Below are positions 25,161-39,409 of a DNA stretch of 64,000 nt, piece by piece (the first letter of the stretch is position 1; every line of letters begins with the position of its first letter). Location of the stretch: the NCBI RefSeq assembly GCF_964355755.1, contig NC_092675.1:23966912-24030911 (forward strand). The letters are read 5' to 3'. The stretch comes from Antedon mediterranea. Its lineage: Eukaryota > Animalia > Echinodermata. Position numbers and translations under genes: made by a program. The notes beneath the pieces were generated by a model. The model was not told the DNA's origin and searched no databases. It was given only the letters and a program-made list of their open reading frames with translations.

Positions 25161-26848
25161 GCTCAAGTATACCAAAATGACTATAGTTGAGAACAGTGGT
25201 AAACTGGATCGTACATTAATGTTATTTGTTGTATATTATTACGTTTATCCTATTCTTTATCACTGTGCTCAAGTATACCAAAATGACTATAGTTGAGAAC
25301 AGTGTTAAACGGGATCGTACATTAATGTTTTTTGTTGTATATTGTTAAGTTTATCCTATTCTTTATCACTGTGCTCAAGTATACCAAAATGACTGTAGTC
25401 GAGAACAGTGTTAAACGGGATCGTACATTAATGTACGTTTTTTGTTGTATATTGTTAAGTTTATCCTATTCTTTATCACTGTTCTCAAGTATACCAAAAT
25501 GACTATAGTTGAGAACAGAGTTAAACTGGATCGTACATTAATGTTTTTTGTTGTATATTGTTAAGTTTATCCTATTATCACTGTTCTCAAGTATACCAAA
25601 ATAACTATAGTTGAGAACAGTGTTAAACTGGATCGTACATTAATGTTTTTTGTTGTATATTGTTAAGTTTATCCTATTCTTTATCACTGTTCTCAAGTAT
25701 ACCAAAATGACTATAGTTGAGAACAGAGTTAAACTGGATCGTACATTAATGTTTTTTGTTGTATATTGTTAAGTTTATCCTATTCTTTATCACTGTTCTC
25801 AAGTATACCAAAATAACTATAGTTGAGAACAGTGTTAAACTGGATCGTACATTAATGTTTTTTGTTGTATATTTTTAAGTTTATCCTATTCTTTATCACT
25901 GTGCTCAAGTATACCAAAATGACTATAGTTGAGAACAGTGTTAAACTGGATCGTACATTAATGTTTTTTGTTGTATATTTTTAAGTTTATTCTATTCTTT
26001 ATCACTGTGCTCAAGTATACCAAAATGACTATAGTTGAGAACAGTGGTAAACTGGATCGTACATTAATGTTATTTGTTGTATATTATTAAGTTTATCCTA
26101 TTCTTTATCACTGTGCTCAAGTATACCAAAATGACTATAGTTGAGAACAGTGTTAAACGGGATCGTACATTAATGTTTGTTGTTGTATATTGTTAAGTTT
26201 ATCCTATTCTTTATCACTGTTCTCAAGTATACCAAAATGACTATAGTTGAGAACAGTGTTAAACTGGATCGTACATTAATGTTTTTTGTTGTATATTGCT
26301 AAGTTTATCCTATTCTTTATCACTGTTCTCAAGTATACCAAAATGACTATAGTTGAGAACAGTGTTAAACGGGATCGTACATTAATGTTTTTTGTTGTAT
26401 ATTGTTAAGTTTATCCTATTCTTTATAACTGTTCTCAAGTATACCAAAATGACTATAGTTGAGAACAGTGTTAAACTGGATCGTACATTAATGTTTTTTG
26501 TTGTATATTGTTAAGTTTATCCTATTCTTTATCACTGTGCTCAAGTATACCAAAATGACTATAGTTGAGAACAGTGTTAAACGGGATCGTACATTGTTGT
26601 TGTATATTGTTAAGTTTATCCTATTCTTTATCACTGTTCTCAAGTATACCAAAATGACTATAGTTGAGAACAGTGTTAAACGGGATCGTACATTAATGTT
26701 ATTTGTTGTATATTGTTAAGTTTATCCTATTCTTTATCAATGTGCTCAAGTATACCAAAATGACTATAGTTGAGAACAGTGTTAAACTACATCGTACATT
26801 AATGTTATTTGTTGTATATTGTTAAGTGTATTCTTTATTCTTATTAAT
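25161..26848. repeat. Second copy of the 16 x 106-bp hairpin array
   Basis: Same order of unit variants as 8858-10545; one SNP seen (9378 G / 25681 T). Confidence 0.97.
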
Positions 26849-29087
26849 TGTACTAAATTATTAAAAGAAACAGTAGTAAGCATAACATTTCCCCACTCCT
26901 ACATTAGCATGGTAGGACATTGTAATGGTCGCAGGTGGCTCAACTTTACTGCAATGGGATGGACATGGTCCTACTTCCACCTTACCATCCAATAGGATTC
27001 CAGTAAATTTCCTTTACTACCAATCATAATTCAGTAATTAAATGACCCCTTAAGTTAACAAGGAAATCAGCCTATCCCATTATACCGGTAGGCTTCGTCG
27101 TTACAGGCGTACTGCGGTAATAGTTGAGAATTCTCAACTAGCCAATTTGGTATATTTTATATACCTGTCACAACATGTTACCTCTTCGAATCCGAGGTGT
27201 TTTTTGGAAACGTAATAAGTACACAACCATGGCCCAACTTATTGCATCATCAACAGCCAATGAAACGCCTTGGATTGGATTGGTATTTTAATATATTTAA
27301 TATTTAAAAATATTGTGACGAATTCCCAAACATAATTAATATTATAGGCCAGAATAAAATACACGTTGTTGTTATTATGATTGTACTACAATATAAGTCA
27401 CACGGTATATTGATTTTTTGAACGAGTTCTAACGCATAGTATGAGGATTGACAAATATTTCTTCTTTTTCTCTTTCATGATTTAACACGCATTGACATTT
27501 GAAAATAAATTGTGCGATATTAGCATGAATAAATATTATTTTTGTCATTAAATAAGACCGTATAAATAACAACTCAAATAGATGAAATTAGTATAAATAT
27601 AAACTACAACATCTTGATTTTTATTGGTATTAGTGTTTGTTCAGCAAATTGCTAGTGCGGCGTGCTATCGGGGTTTTTTCTGCGTATTAAATTTTGGCCC
27701 TCCGGCATTTTAATTATGTTAAAGTAATTTAATAAATTAAGATTGTAGGTCTATGTGTAAAACCCTGAGTTTTTTTCCAATTCCTAAATACCAATTGTTT
27801 CATAACATGAACGCAATACATTGATGATCAGAGGTGTGACAACAAATATTCGAATTAAAGAAAAAGCCTGAAGACCCACATCATCAGAAAATGAACTTAA
27901 TAGTATGAACGTTTACACCAAGACATTTTATCAAAATTAAAAACCGTAGCTAACTTTGTGAAGCGTTTCATTAGTTAATTAATTTATTAATTTGTCCATG
28001 GTTAATATTTAAAAAGTTGAAAACAAGAAATAGCCTAACAAATACAGAACCATTTATAACTAATGTTGAAAACACAGATGGAATATTTATGCTTGGTCAC
28101 ATTTTAAGGCTTGAATAGTGCATTTTAGCAGCTCTAAAATATTTTCAGTACGCCGCGGAGTGTGACCAACGGGTCTTTTCACAACTTTATTTAACGACTT
28201 TATTTATCTACTAAACTGTGGCCTTACAAATTATTTTAATAAACTGAGAGAAACTGCAGCAAATCGTGGTCAAATTTATTTTAATTACTGTACTATTATA
28301 GCTTGTTTATGCAAGAAAGACATTACTAATTATTTATAAAAGAGAAAATTTTCATTATGAAATGTTAGTCGTAATCCCAGTCCCAAATACCCATTGTATT
28401 GTCGAGTCAGCTAGCCGTTGTAGAAGCTTTCGTGACGTGATACAGTTTCCCAAAAGAACCATTTCCGCTACACAATTATACCTCGTTTATGTGTGACGTT
28501 TTCACATCCGTGTTGGTGATATCGTCGCGATCTCTCTCTCCCCCCCCCCCTCCCCCTTTCCCATGGAAAGTGTGGTGGCGGTATACTCTTCATTATTTAT
28601 TATTATTATTGTACCACCGTTGTTGATTGATCATACTTTTTTGGCCTAGGCCTAGTATTATTGAATTTGGCAATTTAATATGTAAGTATGGAGTATTATA
28701 TATCATAAATACTGTAGGCTTAACCACCCAACCACCCTTTTCAATGTACCATTAGTATAATATACAGTACCAGTGGTATTGTAACAAGTTTTTCCCTGAT
28801 ATATTGATATACAGTACTAAGTTGGAATTTACATGCATTGTGAAATAGCTCTATTTCCTCAATATATTAAAACTAAAGTCACATGTCTGATAGAGTCAGA
28901 TGGATGGTTGATGGTATGGTGTTATTGTTGTTGCATTATTTGTTGTGTCTTTTTTTTACTTATCTATATAGTTTAAATATATTTTTTTTAAACTTACACT
29001 ACAGGAAAGAATAGATTTTTTTTTATACTCATCAGAAATAATACCATAATAAAGTTTTGTATTTTTTGTTTCTAGCTCGCTTGAAAA

Positions 29088-32000
29088 ATGAATTCTCAAC
29101 CAACCGTTTGTGTCGCCCAACCTTATTATGGCCATCAAAACCAGCGCAAATGTTGTCCACTTCAGTGCTCCAAAAAAGCACAGTTGGTTTTTGGAATTCT
29201 CATGATATTGACAGCAGTTACTTCTGTTGCATTTGGCATTGCTTCTATTGTTATGCCAACATTCATTTATGGATTCTTTGGTAGTGGACTGTGGGGTGGG
29301 GCAGTAAGTATGGACTTCATTATCTAAATTTGTTAATTAGGTTTACACACATCACCAGTAGGGGATATTTCTTGCAAATGATAGGGCTTTAAAACAATCT
29401 TACTTATTTTTAATTTACAGTAAAACTCTTCATTAGGAGACCTATTCAGCAGAAACCTCTATTAATTAAAGGGACATTTTCTTGTGAAACAAATGACTAT
29501 ACACTGTTTACAAAGTTAATTTACTACAATATAGTAGCTTTACTCAAATAATTTTGGAATTTGTCCTTGCCTATGAATAACAAATATGCAAAAACATATA
29601 ATTTGTCATAATGAGGAATTATTTTTATATGTTTTTTTACATTGTCCATGTAGTTTAGTCAGTGACTGAAGAACATAGAACTAACTTTATTTTTCAGATT
29701 GTCTTGACAGCTGGAATATTGTGTCTGTGTTCTAGTAAAACCGACAACAAATGTGTTGTAAGTATTATTTTGTCATTAATTGTTTACAATTTTGTTTACT
29801 TAATTTTAGAGATGAACTCTGACAGAATTCACTGAGACATGTAACTTTTAATACCATCCTACCAACTCAATATACATTTCAATTCAATTATTTATTATTG
29901 TCAAGCACTCTGGCTTGAAATAAAATATGACAAAATGGGAATTGATTGATTCCCATTCCCACTTCAGAGCAGTATTTATTGCCAGTTAAGTTACAATGTT
30001 TAAACTGGTCAACTTTAAGCCTAGTATGTTGAATTGGTACAAATTGTACTTTCTTTCAGGCTGTCAGTGCTCTTGTGATGAACATTATCTCAATCTTGGT
30101 GGCTATTGATCAGATGACATTGATGAGTATAGCTGCTGGAAGTGAGTACGATTATGAAGATGAAGATCGTTGTCATTGGAATTATTTTTCACACTTTCAG
30201 TATGAAGACTGTGTAGGTATTTTCAAAACATTTGTAAATCCTTGAATCCAAAAAAATCAGCTGTGTGAGATCAACGATACAAATTAAAGCCATTATGGCT
30301 TATTGTAATGAAATCCACACACAATCAAATGTTATATTATAATTTATAATAATTGTAAATACAGTGTAATATGTTGTGTAAAATAAAACTGTAACTGAAT
30401 TATTACTTGTAGTCAAACAAAAAACTATATCTGTTATGAAAGTAGGACGACCACATTCATTCACGTCCGTATTCATAAACGTTTCCCCAAATAAGTAGTA
30501 GCAAAAAGTAGTTTTGACGCGAATTCAACAAAATATAGGTTAACAAACACAAGGAGACACTTTTTTGTCATCTTTCGGTAAAACTAAGTGCCTTGTGTTT
30601 AAACAATTAGGCCTATGTGTTGACTATTACCATCTTGTTTATGCACACCTCATACATTATACGAAGTGGATAACTTCAAAAAATCTATTAGTAGGCCTTA
30701 GCTTTTTTCCATTGATGTACTGTAATAAGTTGGGCTCTATAATATGGTACCAACAGCTTAAATCAGGGTTTTTTTTTAATCCTTAGTTACTTTCATTTGG
30801 TCCATCAGAAATAAAGTTACTTGCTCATTTTTAGTCATTTTGTCTTTTTTAGGCGGCAGAAGTAGCTATAGATGGAGTGCTAATTGCTATTGGTGCTGTT
30901 GAACTTGGACTTGCAATCACTTGTGTCTGTCTGTTGTCTGTATCTGTTTGCTGTTCAGGCACCAGGCAAACAATTGGGGTAATAACATTTTTCCATATAT
31001 TTGACCAACCTGAAATACGTACTTGAGCTTTCAACCCTTAACCTACAAAAGGGACTTTACGAAACACGACGGGAAGCCACAGGACAGTGCTCATGAATAA
31101 TGTATGCATGAGCTTTAATTAAGTGGGCGGAGCTTAGGGTGAAATTCTGTCGTCTTAACTTTTTGAGGACGATAAAGTTGCCATTTTCCCGTTTACAGAA
31201 AACGACTAGAGATAATGTACACATATCCTTAAATAGATAGTTCAAAATACACTTAAAAGTGGAAATTTCAAAACTCTAAACAATATTTGAACTTCTAATT
31301 TAATTGTTTAATGAAATAACATTGTTATTTGGTTAAAATGGCTGTATTAAAAGCGCGTTTGAATGCGAGGGTCCTAGCTAGAAGGCTAGGCCTATGCTGT
31401 TCCACCAGAACCAAGCGATTCAGAAGGAGGAAGAAGACAGGTGAGCGCAGAGGGAGATACTGTCGGTCTTGAGTCGTCTTCGCGCAAGGGTGCATTGACT
31501 GTATATGATTTTACGCTCTAGCGAACATAAGATATTTGTTGTCCTTCCCTAAAGTCTCATGCTTACAGAGTGAGAATAGCATCCCATGCCTCACTTCCAC
31601 TCACTTTGTTTCATTCTCAGAAAAAAAAGTTGCAGGCTCAGGTCAATAAGCCTGACAGATAATTAGAAAGATCAATAGTAGCTTAGTGGGGTTAATTTTA
31701 TCGTAAGGTGACTCCTGACGTCATTAGGTTATACAGTAGTATGTTATTGTTATGCTAAATCTTTCTTCTTGTCAGAAAACAGAACAGAACAGTTTTGTGA
31801 TATCTGAGTTTGTTTAGCTTTGCTTCAATGGCTATTATTTGCTGTTACATTTAAAGAAATCAGTGTTTATTGAATTGAAATGGGAATACTGCATCATTGT
31901 GTTTTGGTCAGCTAGTTTTCATTTTATGTGTTTATTTGACCAACAAACCATAATATAAAATATTCAGATGAATTGGTCAGGGACTGCTAAACAATGATCT

Positions 32001-32869
32001 TAACTAAAATAAATTTATAGTAAACAATATATTTAGACGATATAGTATATATTCACAAACTAACTGTGATATTTTTTTTTTCAGATGATCCAGCAGCCTT
32101 TGTTACTGCACCATGGAGGTTCCAGTGCTGCAGCAACCCCAGGTACTAAACATGGTCTTTATTACAGATACAAATTTTGCAATGACAAGCACTCATATTT
32201 AGTACAACTGCTTTACTACTTTAATGTAATAAGTTACTTATTCTACTGAAAGTAGTATGTGTTCATTGTCACTTGCCAATTACTCAAATGACAGTCTTGA
32301 ACTTTCTAAAATAAGGATAGTGATGTAATGCGTGAAAATGTGAAAATCTTATTAGAAATTCTTTATGATGACCTACCAGTATGTTTTACTTCAAAATTTA
32401 ATTCCTGAAAATGATATACTGTAAAAGGTATCACTTTTCGACATGAGTGATACAGTTATCACTATTTACTGGTAACATACCTACAATTTAAAACACATCA
32501 CCAATGCTAGTTGTACAATTTTTGTTACTGGCATTTAATGACATGTTGTTCTCTTTTCCAGTTTTCCCACCACAAACTCACTTTGTTACACCATCTGGTC
32601 AAATGTATGTTCACCAGCCACCGCGAATGCAACAATATGCTGCTTCTCAATCACAGCAGCTACCAACTGGTAATCAGCAACAGTATCCAGAAGCCAGCAA
32701 TCCTCAGGGAAAACCCTTTGATCAGCAGTCTGGTCAGCCTACCGGTGCTGCTCCACCTCCTCAACAGTACCAAGCAGATCATCTACTTCAACAGAACCCT
32801 GCTGGTGGGGAAGCCAGACATGAGGGAATTAACCCTCACTTTCTGCCACCTTACAGTGAAAATAACTAA
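29088..32869 (+). CDS. MS4A/CD20-like protein, second complete copy (306 aa; L19Q, W33L, F75L)
   Basis: Exons 29088-29303, 29698-29757, 30060-30212, 30853-30978, 32085-32142, 32562-32869. Confidence 0.85.
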
Positions 32870-34933
32870 ACTGTTTTGGTTTAAATACAGTATATGCTCT
32901 GTTTTATAAGCTTACTTGTACATAGACATCCATTTTAAAATTTAGTTTCCATTTTGTCATGCTTGTAAATTTTCATTATACTTCGCATGCACTATAGGTA
33001 GAGTATTAAAAAATGAATTGCAGTTGGACATGCTTTTTGTCATATATACCAGTACATTACTTGATATACAAAATTATAGATAATCTTATACCCAGGCATA
33101 TACTGTATCACATATCAGCTTACCCAGAAAAATCCAGTAACCACAGTTTCAACCATTCACAAATAATAGACGTATTCGGCTGATCAATCGCAAACACTTC
33201 GCAGTTTATATATGCATATAAACAGTGAGTTTGACGAGCTAGATCTGTTTGAATTTCTGATTTTAGAAACTAGTTGAAATGTTAAAAAATTAGTGTTGAT
33301 TTAAAGGTGAATATATTACAGGAACTGTTATATAAATGTTACTTAAAAAAATAATAAGATTATATTTTACTCAGACAAGATGATAGTGATAGTGTTTAGT
33401 GATTTACACTCTAAAGTGTAGATATTTTTTATTACCTATGGTGATTGGTTATTTTAACATGCTTTATAAAATGCAACATGTTTCACTGGTCACCATATAC
33501 TGTACATTTTATTTCAGTAGTATTTGCACATATATGTTTTATTATTTTTGATTGGAAATAAAATAAATAAATCACTACTGTCCCAAATAAAACAATAATA
33601 TTACAAAATTGTGTAGAGATAATTGTTGACCAGTTGAGAATGTTGCTTAACATATAAATCTATTTTAAATAGTATTTTTAATGGTAAAAATGTGTTGTTT
33701 TTGTGTAGTGTACAACACTTTTGATGAATAAAGCTGATCCATTTTTAGCATTCATAAACTTTCTTTTTAAGTTTCTTAATAACTTGTTGCAGTCCTGTAA
33801 AACATACATTGTACAGTATAGTATATAAAATATCTGATTTCTTCTTCTAGTATGATGTTTGTTTGCAGACGACTTGTTCTCCATTGTTCAGAGCTCTCTA
33901 TCAATGTATGCATTGATGTTCATGAGCTAATGACGATTGCTTTTATAATATTTAAAACCATGGACCTAAATTAGATTTATGTGGGTCCATGAATTGAAGG
34001 GTCGAAGAAGTCTTTTATACCTCCCTGATTTACCATTTGAATTTAACCCAACAAAATGACAATTACGACTAGTCTTCATGGTATTCAGGGAAGAGTGAAA
34101 TTGGACTCTTCTCTAATTGGCCTACCACATTATAATATGTCGAAATAGGCAAAATTCAGCATATATAACTTATTTTCAGGTCGTCGCGGTTTTTTTTTTT
34201 TTTTTGGTGTTTAGTAAATGTTCATAAAACGCACTCTAGCAGGTCTACTGTTTTTATGTGGTCATTATATTAGAAATGCATCATTTTAAAATGACTGAAC
34301 CCTGATAATCCACAAAATGATTATAGGGCTCCTAGTTTTGGTTTGACTTAATATTAGTAGAAAGAAAAATATTTTGGCACATATGGCGTTTCATACGTAT
34401 ACTAATTGAGCTTGTAAACTCGGACAAAAATCGAAATAAAAAATAAATAAATAAAAAAAGACAATAAATGCAGTCTTTCTTACGATTATGTGTTTTAATA
34501 TTAGAGCGCTTACATTTTTGAAAAAAACTTTTGCGTCGATCCATAGAGATATTATAGTGACTATAATATCTCTATGGTCGATCCTAATGCATCTTGATTA
34601 ACAAGAAACAAAATGAGTGTGTAGACGTCAAAATCTCGCATATTTTTACATTTTACTATTCACATAAAGACTATATACTATATTAAATCATGGTTACCTC
34701 CATGCTTCTATAATGTAAACTTTACGAATTTGTTTTCAAACGGAGAGTGATGTACCGTACTTTTATAAGCCTATTTGAATGATGGCGATATGCTTTGAAT
34801 TAGGGACCGTCTTATCAATTTGAGAAACTCTCCTTACTCGCTCATTTTGATTACAAATTCAGCCAGGACAGTTTTATATTGTTCAATTATTTTCAATTTA
34901 TCAGCTAGTACGGTCATCTTTTGATATATTGAC

Positions 34934-37294
34934 ATGGATCATGTATTACTAATGAAAGTAACCAGTATTATGTGTATAGTAGAAGCTGTACAACGCAAGA
35001 AGAAAGCTTTAAACAGACTGCAAAAGAAACGTAGTGTTTGGGTAAAACCATGGATAGAACGCCGACAATTACACCATGGAGCATATTATGACCTTTTAAA
35101 AGAACTGGAGGCAGAGGATATAAAAAGAGACAAATATTTTCCACACATGGACAAATCATCATTCGATGATATTTTGGAAAAAATAACTCCCTTAATAAAA
35201 AGAGAGGACACACATATGAGAAAAGCAATTTCCCCAGAAGAGAGATTGGCTTTAACGCTTCGTTTTTTAACATCAGGTAAGAATGTCGAATTACTTAGCT
35301 TCTTGCTTTCTCTCCGATCTAGCTAGCCTAGAATCCGGTCTATAAAAATAAACCTCATATATCTTGCTTTTACAGTATAGATAGATATGTTAAGCTCTGT
35401 CTACCCTATCGCACTAGTTGACAATAAAAATGTGTGATGTGCCCAAATATGGTAGCGTTATGACATTGTGTCCATATATGGGCACATCACGTTTTCTGTT
35501 GTCACATAAAGTTTGATAGTGTAGACAGATCGCTTTTCTGGATCTGTAATTTTCTAAACATCAGATCTAAACTGCTAAAATAATCAGTTACAACAACGTA
35601 TTTTACTTTAAACTGCATGATGTTTTCATTTTTAGGGTTTTATTGTATGTTATTGTATTGTTATATGCTGGTTGAAAAATTAAAAGAAACACAACGGCAT
35701 AAATACGGATAGATTAGTACAGTATTCGGTGTAATTGCGGGTACCAATATATTTAGCTTTTTTGGTATTTGACTCCAGAAGCGTATTGACCAAACTGTGA
35801 TGAATAGATTTAAATCCCCCTACCTAGTTTTTAGAATGCATGTGGGTATATTTTTCCAATGCCATCCGATCAACAAAAATTATATACCTCCATGTTACAA
35901 CTCACATAGTCATAGTTTACACGAGCAGACAACGTTGTGCATAGGTTTCGTTATTCAAATTTACATCTGAAGTAGTTTATAAATGTAGACTGTGCACTCA
36001 ACAAAAAATGCTCATAAAAAGACCCGATTGAAATATCAAAATAAATGATTTCTTTTGTCTAGGAAACACATATCAAGATATGGAGTGTCTTTATAGAGTT
36101 CCACGGAGCACCTTGAGTAAATTGATTCCTGAAACATGCAAAGCCATTTATGATGTGCTGAAAGAGGATTACTTAAAGGTATAGAATAACATTAATATTT
36201 ATTTTTATTCACATGAACCTGCACTAGTCCGTGTAGCACCCCCCCCCCCCCCACTAATTATTATAAGCTGTTATTGTGCGAGATATAACCATGGAGCCCT
36301 GACTGAGTGATCACTGGTTGGTGCTGTCTGATGTTAAATGTGATATGAAAATATAAAAGTAAAAAATGCTTTGAAGAATCCGCATCCGGATTTTTATATA
36401 TAAGTTTACGTTTCTAAAAACAATTTAAATTATGTCATTACAATGACCAAATACACTATACATGTTTTTATTGCAATTACATAGGTTCCTGAAACAGAAG
36501 ACGATTGGCTAAAAGTAGCTGAAGGTTTTAATGAAAAATGGCAGTTTCCCAATTGTATTGGAGCACTAGACGGACAAATTATACAAATAAACCCACGGCC
36601 TGGATGGGTATCAATGTATAAAAACAATTTCAGTATTATTCAAATGGCATTAGTTGATGCAGACTATAAATTCATATATGTTGATGTCGGCTGTAGAGTG
36701 GATGATGGTGGAGTATGGCATGGGTGTTCGTTGAAAAAAGCTCTTGATGACGGTACGATCAATATTCCAGGCCCACAATGCCTTCCTGGAAGGGAGAAAC
36801 CAATGCCTCATGTAATAGTGGCTGATAAAGTTTTTCCTTTGAAAGAAACTATTATGAAACCTTATCCATCAAGAGGAATAAGTAAGGAAAAAGAAATCTT
36901 CAACTACCGTCTTTCAAGGGCAAGGAGGACAGCGGAGAATGCTTTTGGAATCCAGGCAAATCGATTCCGTGTATTTCAGCAACCATTTAGAGCACACCCT
37001 AATAACGTAAGGTCGATGGTTTTAAGTACGTGTGTACTTCACAATTATTTACTCACCAAGCCCAGTTCAAGAAATATATACACATTAAATAATCTCGATA
37101 TAGAAAATATAAAAACTGGAATAGTGACTGAAGGAAGTTGGCGAAGAGGTCCTACCCCAAATGGAATAGCTCCATTAGAATCACAATGTGGTAACAGGGC
37201 TGGTGGTCCGGCTAAACTTGTACAAAATGAGTTTTGTGACTATTTTAATGGAAATGGTAAAGTTGAATGGGAGTGGAGAGTTGGACTAGAGTAA
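34934..37294 (+). CDS. PIF/Harbinger DDE transposase (HARBI1-like), open 422-aa frame
   Basis: Exons 34934-35276, 36063-36178, 36485-37294 (1269 nt). Putative triad in IGALDG, VIVAD and TAENAFG; FNYRLSRARR and CVLHNYL motifs. Confidence 0.88.
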
Positions 37295-37809
37295 CATTGT
37301 AAACATAATGTCACAAACGTACAATTTTGTATATTTCTCGCCAAATTATAAAGCGACCCATTTCCAACATGTGGGTCAGATCATGGAGGATACCTCCATA
37401 GTCAGATACTGTAAAATAAAATGGTTGTAAAACAGTTGTAAATTATATATTTAATTAAATTATGTATTTATTGAAAGACAACTTCGTGAATTGTGCTTTT
37501 TGTTGTTCATTTGTTGGCATCAGGTAACGGATTGATTCAGACACAATTTAATTTGCTATAATTATACAATATTTAATTTTAGATTATTTTATTATTACTG
37601 TATTATTTAAGATTACAGTACAGAATCGGGAGAAGTTAATGTAATTAAGCCAGCAAGAAGAAAACAATTATACATTAAATAATTTACACAAATGTATTAT
37701 AAAATGTATTAAACTTTTCTTTGGTTTATATAATGGTTTGGTAATAATACTTTAATAAGACAATCTACAGAACACTGTGAATAAATGTTGAATAAATGTT
37801 ATTCTTAAA

Positions 37810-38881
37810 AGGATACGAATTGATTGATTATTGGTGGTGGTGGTTGGTTAGGTGGTGGCTGATTATCGGTGGTGGTTGATTAGGTGGTGGCTGATTTATT
37901 GGTGGTAGTTGCTAATAAATCTGATGAGAATATTTAAACTGAGAATTGTTTTGTAGCTCTTCGTCCTCATCAGGTATTCTAAATATCACCTCCTTTGTTG
38001 AATCGCTTTGCGCTTAAGCCTAGGAGTTGTTATCCTTTTCAACCACATTGTGAATAATTCCCCTGATGCAGATCTTCATCATTGGCTCCTGTTTCGTTCT
38101 TAGATGATTATGTAGTAGCTGTACGCAAAGCTTCTGTTGCAGCTACCATGAAATCGTCATGTGGGGTTCCCTTTACCTTTTTATTGTTGTTATTAGGCGT
38201 TAGATGCCTACCCGAAGAAGTGTATTTTCCTATTCCTGTGGAATCCTTGCTAGTTTGAATAGCATCACAATCATCACCAACATCTTCATAATCAAAATAA
38301 TCCGCATATTTATCAGTGATGTAAATTGACTTATTAGGCTCCTAAAAATTAAATAATATGTCATTACACTAAATATAAGCCTAAATTGAAATATGTCATT
38401 TACACTAACTATAGGCCTACATTATAAATGGGCCTACATTATAAATATACATATGGCCTACACCCTCAAATCCATTAGCATTACGTTGTTGTAATAGTGC
38501 TGGTAAAGCTAGACTGTACCGTAAACATACTACTAAAAAAGAAGTTTTTAGTCGCGTGCAACGCGACTTACTATGTCGGTCGGTTGATCGGTCGGTCGGT
38601 TGGTAGGTCGGTAAACACTAACATGTATATGTCCTTGTTACCTAATTACTTCAATGGCAAATGGTCTATGTTCTTTAATAGCAAAGTCAATTTCAGACTG
38701 CTTAAATAATTACCAAATTTGAAACGGCAAGCTGCTGCTGCTGAAAAATGTGTGGCAGCACGAAATGCATCAAGTTGTTCAGAATACATCCACTTAGATA
38801 CATATACACCTGTAAGTTCACTTTTACGTTTGCTTTTTCTTTACCGTAGTAAACTGTTTATTTTTGTCTGTAGGTCATGTA
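37810..38881 (-). pseudogene. Decayed MADF duplicate (exon 2 and 3 remnants)
   Basis: Minus strand retains a degenerate GVYVSKWMY.EQLD.F.AATHF-like stretch with frameshifts. Confidence 0.85.
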
Positions 38882-39409
38882 CTGTAAAATGAAAACCTCG
38901 TGAAAATGCGATTTCATCTTTCACCTCATTATTTGTACCATCGCACTAATAGACATTCATTCTACATTTCGTAACTCACTACCAATTGGCATTCTAAATT
39001 CACTGTCACTCTATTATGGGAAAGGCCGGTCCGGGACATTATTCGAGCGCTTTTTTTAACCATGTGAACAAAAAATAAGCGTATCAATACCGGAGTGGTG
39101 CAATTTAGAAGTCTATTCCATGAAGTAAATTATTCCATGATTATTCCGAAATGTTTCGCACTTCAACCTACGCGGGAACAATTAATATTTTTTTAAACAT
39201 TACTGATAGTTGCCTTTACGTAAATTTATATATAGATACGATCTATTATGTTCATCCAATTCAATGGTGAACCCATTCAATACACTAATGGGCACAATTT
39301 GGGATTGACAGGCGTCCCGGGGGTAAGGATCAACTTCTTATAAAATATAACTGAGCAGTCAAGTTTCTTTCACTCAGTCAGTATAGCGGTATAGCCAGTT
39401 ATATTATGA

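Larger units (their letters stand above)
8860..25162. repeat. Tandem segmental duplication, complete unit U1 (16303 bp)
   Basis: Same junction TTTACAACAGC|TCAAGTATACC at 8859 and 25162. Confidence 0.95.
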
